Below are positions 57,187 through 64,000 of a DNA stretch of 64,000 nt, one piece after another. The stretch lies in assembly GCF_024298765.1 (NCBI RefSeq), contig NZ_CP101210.1. One strand, written 5' to 3'. The DNA comes from Escherichia coli. GTDB lineage: Bacteria > Pseudomonadota > Gammaproteobacteria > Enterobacterales > Enterobacteriaceae. The position numbers were made by a program, and so were the translations under genes. The notes beneath the pieces were generated by a model. That model was not told the origin of the DNA, made no database searches, and was given only the letters and a program-made list of their open reading frames with translations. Position 1 is the first letter of the stretch; the number at the start of each line of letters is the position of its first letter.

Positions 57187-59847
57187 TCATGATTCCTCGC
57201 GCTGGGCAAGATTTAGCGTAAGCCCAACGATCCCCTCTTCGAGCTGGATATCAACGTTAAACCCGAGCTTGCGGGCCAGCGCCACCATGCCACGATTGTT
57301 TGGCATCGTAATACCATTCAGACGTTGTAGTCCGTGATCTCGCGTATAGGTAATCAACTTTTCCATTAAGCGTCGACCTAAGCCTAACCCTTTGAGATCC
57401 GAGCGAACCAGCACGGCAAATTCGGCATCGATGTTATCAGGGTCGGAGATCGCACGCGTGACGCCGAGGATCTCTTCTGTTTGATCAATACGTCGTACCG
57501 CCACAAAAGCCATTTCCCGATCGTAGTCGATCTGCGTCATGTTGGCTAAATCTTCATGGGTAAATTCGTTGATCTCGCTAAAGTAGCGGTAATAAAGATC
57601 TTCTTTGGTGACTCGCGAAATGAATTGCTGAAGCTGTGGCTCATCTTCTGGCAAAATCGGGCGGAACAAGCAGCGTTCACCGTTTTTCAATTCTACCCAT
57701 TCTTCCAGCTGATGCGGATAAGGGCGCACTGCCAGCCGACTCTCGTTATCGCCTTCAAACGGCGCGATATCCAGCGTGACATCCAGCGCGGTAAATTCAC
57801 TGCCAGAAGCCAGCAAAGGATGAATATCCAGACGCTGAATTTCCGGGCAATCGACAATCAAGTTAGAAACCTGCACCAGAAGCTGGCTCAAGCCTGCAAC
57901 ATCTAATGGGCGTAGCGCACTGCGCGCACGAATCTTTTTACTTTTGATCCCCTGAATAACCAGATAGCGGGCCAGGTTCATGTTCAGCGGCGGTAGTGCG
58001 ACGACGGCTTGATCTTCAGGACGCCACTCCACACCGCCTTCGCCCAGCATGATCAACGGCCCGAAAACCGGATCGTGCTCAACCACAACCCGCAACTCCT
58101 GAGCGCCAGCACGGTTAGCCATACTTTGCACCAACAGGCCGTGGATCCGCGCCTGCGGCCAGGCCATTTTTACGCGATCGAAAATAGCGTTTGCCGCTTG
58201 CTGGACTTCATTAGCTGTACGCAGGTAGAGCATTACGCCCTGAACTTCCGATTTATGTGGAATATCCGGCGAACGCAATTTCAGCGCCACCGGATAACCA
58301 ATCTGTTCGGCAATATGCACCGCTTCGGTGCTATCGCTGGCAATCCAGGTGGGGAGCGTGTTCATGCCATACGCTTGCAGGATGGGCTGAACTTCATGGG
58401 TATCGAGCGACGTAGCCCCTTCGGCAATCGCCTGTTGCAACAGAAGATGCGCTTCTGCGGTATTAGAGGTCAGATTGCTGGGCAACGCCGGCGTTTCGCG
58501 TAGTTGCTTCTGATTACGTCGGTACTCCACCATATGCATAAAAGCAGTGATGGTTCCTTCCGGCGTGCGATAGGTCGGCAGCCCGGCTTCACTGAATAAT
58601 CGTCGTGCCTCTTGCGAGGAGTGCTCGCCGCACCAGTTCGTCAGCAGAGAAACATACTTGCTGCGGGGATGATGCTTTACCGCTTCAATTAATGCTTGCG
58701 CACTTTCTGTTGCGGGAGCAGCGGCGCTGGGCGAATGAATAACCATCAGCGCGTCAAAATCCTGGCTGTGGAGCAGAATATCCAGCGTTTTAATATAGTG
58801 CTCACTGCTGGCGTCATCGCGTAGATCGAGCGGGTTAGAGATTGCCACATGTTCTGGCAGTGCATCGCGCAGTTTCTGGCAGGTTTCTTCGCTTAGCGTT
58901 GCCAGCTTGCCATTGCGTGACCATAAGGCATCCAGCGCCAGCGCGGCAGGCGCAGCACCGTTGCTGATAATCATCAGCCGGTCGCCACGCAGCGGGCGCA
59001 TATGGCTGAGGGTTTCCACCGCCGAAAACAGCTCGTGAGTATCCTGTACCCGCAACAAACCGGCACGCTGAATAGCCGCATCCCACGCCGGATCCATTCC
59101 TGCCGTGGTGTTCAACAGACGTTGAGCCGCCGGGCTACGTCCGCTTTTAATCACCAGAATCGGTTTGTTGCGAGAGGCACTACGGGCCGCCGAAACAAAG
59201 CGTCGTGCGTCGCTTAACTGTTCGAGATAGAGCAGGATGGCGCTGGTTTTACTGTCGCGGGCCAGATAGTCGAGCAATTCATCAACGTCGATATCCAGGC
59301 TGTCGCCGAGCGCAATAAAGTAGGAAAAGCCCATCTCACGCTGTTGCGCCCAGTCGAGGATGGTATTGGAGACGGCAGCCGATTGCGAAATAAACGCCAG
59401 CTTGCCGCGTTTAATCGGCACAGGCGAAAAGCTGGCATTCAGACCTTGCCAGGGAGCCAGTAACCCCAGACTGTTTGGTCCTAGCAGGCGCATGTTATGG
59501 CGCAGGGCGCAGGCGCGGAGATCTTCATGTTGCGATGCCGGGGCGGAAAGAATAATGCAGGTTTTACAGCCTTTCTCGCCGAGCTCTTCCAGAAGAGCAA
59601 GATTACGGCTGGCATTGGTACATAAAACCGCAAGGTCGGGTGTAAAGGGCAAGCTGGCAATATCCGGCCAGGCCAACACACCCAACACCGCTTTCCAGGC
59701 TGGCGTCACCGGGAGTACCGGTCCGTTAAAGCCTCCCGCCAGCAGGTTACGCATCATCAGGTAACCTGCTCGATTGGATTTCATCGATGCGCCAATTACC
59801 GCAATCGATTTTGGTCGCAGTAGTGCTTCCAGTCCTCGCTGACTCAT
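57187..59847 (-). CDS. patZ: Protein lysine acetyltransferase PatZ (Pka, YfiQ)
   Basis: 886 aa: a CoA-ligase-like N-terminal part and a C-terminal GNAT domain (RSDLKGLGLGRRLMEKL). Confidence 0.95.
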   Translation of the reverse strand: MSQRGLEALLRPKSIAVIGASMKSNRAGYLMMRNLLAGGFNGPVLPVTPAWKAVLGVLAWPDIASLPFTPDLAVLCTNASRNLALLEELGEKGCKTCIILSAPASQHEDLRACALRHNMRLLGPNSLGLLAPWQGLNASFSPVPIKRGKLAFISQSAAVSNTILDWAQQREMGFSYFIALGDSLDIDVDELLDYLARDSKTSAILLYLEQLSDARRFVSAARSASRNKPILVIKSGRSPAAQRLLNTTAGMDPAWDAAIQRAGLLRVQDTHELFSAVETLSHMRPLRGDRLMIISNGAAPAALALDALWSRNGKLATLSEETCQKLRDALPEHVAISNPLDLRDDASSEHYIKTLDILLHSQDFDALMVIHSPSAAAPATESAQALIEAVKHHPRSKYVSLLTNWCGEHSSQEARRLFSEAGLPTYRTPEGTITAFMHMVEYRRNQKQLRETPALPSNLTSNTAEAHLLLQQAIAEGATSLDTHEVQPILQAYGMNTLPTWIASDSTEAVHIAEQIGYPVALKLRSPDIPHKSEVQGVMLYLRTANEVQQAANAIFDRVKMAWPQARIHGLLVQSMANRAGAQELRVVVEHDPVFGPLIMLGEGGVEWRPEDQAVVALPPLNMNLARYLVIQGIKSKKIRARSALRPLDVAGLSQLLVQVSNLIVDCPEIQRLDIHPLLASGSEFTALDVTLDIAPFEGDNESRLAVRPYPHQLEEWVELKNGERCLFRPILPEDEPQLQQFISRVTKEDLYYRYFSEINEFTHEDLANMTQIDYDREMAFVAVRRIDQTEEILGVTRAISDPDNIDAEFAVLVRSDLKGLGLGRRLMEKLITYTRDHGLQRLNGITMPNNRGMVALARKLGFNVDIQLEEGIVGLTLNLAQREES

Positions 59848-59878
59848 ACCGGTCTCCCGCAGAAGTGACCGAATGATT

Positions 59879-60577
59879 TTAAACGCTTTCTAACTGTTCT
59901 GCTGTGATGCTACCCAGATGTTGCGTTTTTCCTGCCAGATAGCGCGTTTTAAAACGAGTGAAATGCTCGCCTAAGCCCGTTGCGGCTTCGGTATCGCCGG
60001 CCATATCTAACAGTGCGATGGCTACCTCGGCAGTACAATATTGGCCTTCAGCCTGGGCTTCACGCAGGCGATAGGCAGAAAGCCGGGAAAGATCGACGGA
60101 AATGACGGGAAGATTATCCAGATACGGACTTTTACGAAACATCTTGCGAGCTTCAGGCCAGGTACCATCGAGCATGATAAATAGCGGAGGCTTACCGGCA
60201 GGTGGTGTGAAGATCACTTCCCGTTGCTCATCAGCATACGAGGCGGGAAAGACCACCATTGGCTGATAGTCCGGGTTTTGTACCAGATCCAGCAAATCTA
60301 GCGAGGGTTCGGTACGCGACCATTGAAACGCAACGGTATCAGGCAAAATATCAGCAATCAGACGCCCGGTATTACTGGGCTTCATTGGCTCGGTGTCGAA
60401 CATCAGCAAACAGAAGCGACTTTTTGCTTGTGCTGGGGTAATTGTCGAACAGAGACATAATGTCTCTGGCAAAAGACAGCGTTGGCAGCGACGAACGCGA
60501 TTACCGCGGGCAAGAAAAGGACGTGTTGCGCGCGCAATACGCTCGGCGCGTAACTGGAGAACAGCGTTTTCGGTCAT
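59879..60577 (-). CDS. tapT: tRNA-uridine aminocarboxypropyltransferase TapT (YfiP), DTW domain
   Basis: 232 aa from MTENAVLQLRAERIARATRPF. Contains the DGTW motif. Confidence 0.9.
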   Translation of the reverse strand: MTENAVLQLRAERIARATRPFLARGNRVRRCQRCLLPETLCLCSTITPAQAKSRFCLLMFDTEPMKPSNTGRLIADILPDTVAFQWSRTEPSLDLLDLVQNPDYQPMVVFPASYADEQREVIFTPPAGKPPLFIMLDGTWPEARKMFRKSPYLDNLPVISVDLSRLSAYRLREAQAEGQYCTAEVAIALLDMAGDTEAATGLGEHFTRFKTRYLAGKTQHLGSITAEQLESV

Positions 60578-60645
60578 AAGAGAGCGTCGAAAAAACGCCA
60601 TTGTCGCAGAGGAGAAAACGGGGCACAAGATGCGCCCCGGTAAGA

Positions 60646-61065
60646 TTAAAGAGATTCGTTCAGCCAGCTATCAAACGGCGCTTTCGGTACTGCGCCATTA
60701 AGCATGTCGACAACCTGACCGTTTTTGAAAATCATGATCGTCGGTATACTACGAATTCCAAAGTGACTGCTCAATTCACGTTCAGCTTCGGTATTCACTT
60801 TCACAAAGCGCACTTTACCGCTACGCTCTTGCGCGACATCTTCAAAAATTGGTGCGAAATTACGGCAGGGGCCGCACCACGGTGCCCAGAAGTCGATCAC
60901 CACAGGTAGATCATCTTTCAGCAATTTGTCGAGCGTTTCACCGGTCGCATTAATCACCTCTCCGTCAAACAAGTCGTGACCGCAGCGTCCGCATTTTGCC
61001 GCATCTTCGATCCGATCGTCGGGAATGCGATTGATGGCCTGACAATGGGTACAAACGGTATTCAT
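60646..61065 (-). CDS. trxC: Thioredoxin 2
   Basis: 139 aa: an N-terminal Zn-finger CxxC pair plus the WCGPC active site. Confidence 0.96.
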   Translation of the reverse strand: MNTVCTHCQAINRIPDDRIEDAAKCGRCGHDLFDGEVINATGETLDKLLKDDLPVVIDFWAPWCGPCRNFAPIFEDVAQERSGKVRFVKVNTEAERELSSHFGIRSIPTIMIFKNGQVVDMLNGAVPKAPFDSWLNESL

Positions 61066-61271
61066 AACTAACCTCGGGATGAGTAAGGAGACTTATCGGC
61101 AACGACGCCGGTATGTTTCTAATATGTTACATATTATCGGGGACATTGTTCCAGACAACAATCTGTTTTATTCAATAGGTATGATAGTCGCAGGCTTTGG
61201 TACGAAATCATGGCGAACCGCGCGGACTTCGGGTAATCTGCGCGCTTCGCGCAGCGCTGGTGGAGAAAAGC

Positions 61272-62309
61272 ATGAACGATGAAATGAAAGGTAAAAGCGG
61301 CAAGGTCAAAGTGATGTATGTCCGCAGTGATGATGATTCTGATAAACGTACCCACAACCCGCGTACCGGGAAAGGGGGCGGGCGTCCAGGAAAATCTCGT
61401 GCTGACGGTGGCCGTCGCCCCGCCCGCGATGACAAACAGAGTCAGCCCCGTGACCGCAAGTGGGAAGAGTCGCCGTGGCGCACAGTTTCCCGCGCGCCGG
61501 GTGATGAGACGCCGGAAAAGGCCGATCACGGTGGCATCAGTGGTAAAAGTTTTATTGATCCGGAAGTGTTGCGTCGTCAGCGTGCGGAAGAAACCCGCGT
61601 CTACGGCGAAAATGCCTGTCAGGCACTGTTCCAGAGCCGTCCGGAAGCGATTGTTCGCGCCTGGTTTATCCAGAGTGTAACGCCGCGTTTTAAAGAAGCC
61701 TTGCGCTGGATGGCAGCAAACCGCAAAGCGTACCATGTGGTAGATGAAGCGGAACTGACAAAAGCGTCAGGCACGGAACATCACGGCGGCGTTTGCTTCC
61801 TGATCAAAAAGCGTAACGGTACAACCGTGCAGCAGTGGGTAAGCCAGGCAGGCGCGCAGGATTGTGTACTGGCGCTGGAAAACGAATCTAACCCGCATAA
61901 CCTGGGTGGCATGATGCGCAGCTGCGCGCACTTCGGCGTGAAAGGCGTTGTGGTGCAGGATGCGGCACTGCTGGAGTCGGGGGCGGCTATCCGTACCGCA
62001 GAAGGCGGCGCAGAGCACGTTCAGCCGATTACTGGCGACAACATTGTTAACGTGCTGGATGATTTCCGTCAGGCAGGTTACACCGTAGTGACCACTTCCA
62101 GCGAGCAGGGGAAACCGCTGTTCAAAACCAGTCTGCCAGCGAAAATGGTACTGGTGCTGGGTCAGGAATATGAAGGGTTACCGGATGCCGCACGCGATCC
62201 GAACGATTTGCGCGTGAAGATTGATGGTACTGGCAACGTTGCCGGGCTAAATATCTCTGTTGCAACCGGCGTTTTGCTTGGTGAATGGTGGCGTCAGAAT
62301 AAAGCCTGA
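61272..62309 (+). CDS. yfiF: SpoU/TrmH-family RNA 2-prime-O-methyltransferase YfiF
   Basis: 345 aa from [22 protein letters not shown]. Basic N-terminus with a SpoU C-terminal domain. Confidence 0.9.
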   Translation: MNDEMKGKSGKVKVMYVRSDDDSDKRTHNPRTGKGGGRPGKSRADGGRRPARDDKQSQPRDRKWEESPWRTVSRAPGDETPEKADHGGISGKSFIDPEVLRRQRAEETRVYGENACQALFQSRPEAIVRAWFIQSVTPRFKEALRWMAANRKAYHVVDEAELTKASGTEHHGGVCFLIKKRNGTTVQQWVSQAGAQDCVLALENESNPHNLGGMMRSCAHFGVKGVVVQDAALLESGAAIRTAEGGAEHVQPITGDNIVNVLDDFRQAGYTVVTTSSEQGKPLFKTSLPAKMVLVLGQEYEGLPDAARDPNDLRVKIDGTGNVAGLNISVATGVLLGEWWRQNKA

Positions 62310-62356
62310 TAAATCAGCCGGGTGGCAACGCTGCCATCCGGCGTTTTCCTGCAAAT

Positions 62357-63046
62357 TTACTCACTTTCTGCCGGTAATACTGGCATCCAGTCAATCGGTT
62401 TCTCGCCACGTTGTTCCAGCCACTGATTTGCCAGCACAAAATGGTTGCAGCCAAAGAACCCACGATGCGCAGAAAGCGGTGATGGATGCGGCGCTTTCAG
62501 TATGTGATGGCGTTGCTTATCAATAATCGCCCCTTTCTTTTGCGCATGTGAGCCCCACAACAAAAACACCACGCCTTCGCGGTGCTGGTTAATCAGGCTG
62601 ATTACTTTATCGGTGAAGGTCTCCCAGCCGAGGCTGGCGTGGGAATGTGCCTGACCTGCGCGAACCGTCAACACAGTATTGAGTAGCAGAACGCCCTGAC
62701 GCGCCCAGCTTTCAAGATAACCATGATTAGGGCGGGTGAAACCGGGAATAGTATTTTCCAGCTCTTTATACATATTCAGCAGTGACGGCGGTGTCGCAAT
62801 GCCGGGGCGAACGGAAAATGCCAGACCATGCGCCTGTCCCGGTCCGTGATAAGGATCCTGGCCGAGAATCACCACTTTAACGTCACCCAACTCTGTAAAG
62901 CGGAACGCGTTAAAGACATCTTTTTGTGGCGGATAGATAGTGACGCCGGACTGCCGCTCGCTGGCGACGGTCTGTAGGGTATTAAGAAAATAGGGTTGCT
63001 GCTTCTCTTCAGCCAGCACATCATGCCAGGTTAATTCGTTTGCCAT
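62357..63046 (-). CDS. ung: Uracil-DNA glycosylase
   Basis: 229 aa with GQDPYHG and HPSPLS motifs. Confidence 0.97.
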   Translation of the reverse strand: MANELTWHDVLAEEKQQPYFLNTLQTVASERQSGVTIYPPQKDVFNAFRFTELGDVKVVILGQDPYHGPGQAHGLAFSVRPGIATPPSLLNMYKELENTIPGFTRPNHGYLESWARQGVLLLNTVLTVRAGQAHSHASLGWETFTDKVISLINQHREGVVFLLWGSHAQKKGAIIDKQRHHILKAPHPSPLSAHRGFFGCNHFVLANQWLEQRGEKPIDWMPVLPAESE

Positions 63047-63350
63047 CTCGCTCTCCCGCGAATCTTCAATCCGCCTAGCTTAACTGCTTCTTTCTACAGA
63101 ACAAAATCATGCTCATTTTTTAGACTTAAACGAGTGCAAAAAAATGTAAATTGGTAAAATTTCACACCTGCATAAGTTGATGTAAAACAATAAAATCCAT
63201 TTGCAACCATACTTGATGTGTGGTTTTTATTGATTTAAATCAAAGATTCAAGGGTGTTTGAGGAGTATATATACACTCAAGCAACAATGGTTTTACCAAT
63301 TGGCCGCGACAGGCTGAACAAATCAAATAATTTTGCCGGGGAGGCATCAC

Positions 63351-63734
63351 ATGATTACAGGTATCCAGATTACTAAAGCCGCTAACGACGATCTGCTGAA
63401 CTCTTTCTGGCTGCTGGACAGCGAAAAAGGCGAAGCGCGTTGCATCGTTGCGAAAGCAGGTTTTGCAGAAGACGAAGTGGTTGCAGTAAGCAAACTGGGT
63501 GACATTGAGTACCGTGAAGTTCCAGTAGAAGTGAAACCAGAAGTTCGCGTTGAAGGTGGTCAACACCTGAACGTAAACGTTCTGCGTCGTGAAACTCTGG
63601 AAGATGCAGTTAAGCATCCGGAAAAATATCCGCAGCTGACCATCCGTGTATCCGGTTATGCAGTTCGCTTTAACTCTCTGACTCCGGAACAGCAGCGCGA
63701 CGTTATCGCTCGTACCTTTACTGAAAGCCTGTAA
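63351..63734 (+). CDS. grcA: Autonomous glycyl radical cofactor GrcA (YfiD)
   Basis: 127 aa from [14 protein letters not shown], with the RVSGYAV glycyl-radical motif. AGGGGAGG lies upstream. Confidence 0.96.
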
Positions 63735-63756
63735 GGCTTAAGTAGCAAGTTACTAA

Positions 63757-63786
63757 GCGGAAGAGGGCGACCTCTTCCGCTTTTTT
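63757..63786. terminator. Bidirectional terminator between grcA and eamB
   Basis: gcggaagagg gcga cctcttccgc followed by tttttt. Confidence 0.8.
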
Positions 63787-63788
63787 CA

Positions 63789-64000
63789 TTAATAGAAAAT
63801 GCGTACCGCGCAATAGACCAGCAGCAGCGCGAGCACGATATTTAACTGGCGACCATACTGGCGAAACAATCGCTGAAACAGGTGCCCCGCCAGCGCCCAG
63901 CACACATTGCCAAACGTCCCAATCACCGCCAGCAAAACGCTGACGCCAATTATCCAGCTTAGCGCCTGCGTTTGCGGCAGGACAAACGTCGACAGTGCTG
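63789..64000 (-). CDS. eamB: Cysteine/O-acetylserine exporter EamB (YfiK), C-terminal 70 codons (5-prime end outside window)
   Basis: The minus-strand frame ending at the stop 63789-63791 reads ...FGNVCWALAGHLFQRLFRQYGRQLNIVLALLLVYCAVRIFY, as in K-12 EamB. It is absent from the ORF track because the start lies beyond the window. Confidence 0.85.
   Translation of the reverse strand, partial: ALSTFVLPQTQALSWIIGVSVLLAVIGTFGNVCWALAGHLFQRLFRQYGRQLNIVLALLLVYCAVRIFY

Noticed and set aside
61134-61736. 200-aa minus-strand ORF opposite yfiF, and the 120-aa plus-strand alternative frame at 61318..61680
   Set aside because: These are shadow or alternative frames of the GC-rich, Arg-rich 5-prime part of yfiF.

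Overview
This is an Escherichia coli-type chromosome. From my memory of the K-12 map, 22.4-64 kb is the ssrA-smpB-ratAB-bamE-recN-nadK-grpE ... ffh-rpsP operon ... yfiBNR-aroF-tyrA-pheA-raiA-bamD-rluD-clpB-rrnG-kgtP-pssA-patZ-trxC-ung-grcA-eamB neighbourhood, read here in the opposite orientation to K-12. Positions 1-22389 are accessory DNA: the late arm of a myovirus prophage. It has an HK97-type terminase/portal/protease/capsid module, a Mu/SfV-type sheath, tube, tape measure and baseplate, and a Pin-type invertible tail-fibre switch at 15742-17632. The prophage ends against the 3-prime end of the tmRNA gene ssrA (22390-22752, minus strand). Between the invertase and ssrA it carries a ~4 kb, visibly AT-richer cargo islet. 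The islet holds an uncharacterised GIY-YIG-domain protein (18299-19072), bracketed by two homologous 13-bp-stem hairpins, followed by a convergent EcoRII-type (CCWGG) methylase/endonuclease pair. This islet, and the GIY-YIG cassette in particular, is my best candidate for undescribed biology. There are two other departures from the K-12 arrangement as I remember it. An IS4 copy with a +1 frameshifted transposase is inserted exactly into the bamD terminator hairpin at an AAA-N20-TTT target. The rrn operon at the rrnG position carries a tRNA-Ile/tRNA-Ala spacer instead of tRNA-Glu. I saw no CRISPR array, no integrase and no second att copy in the window. All coordinates come from hand-reading. 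All similarity statements rest on remembered reference sequences and family signatures; no search was run.
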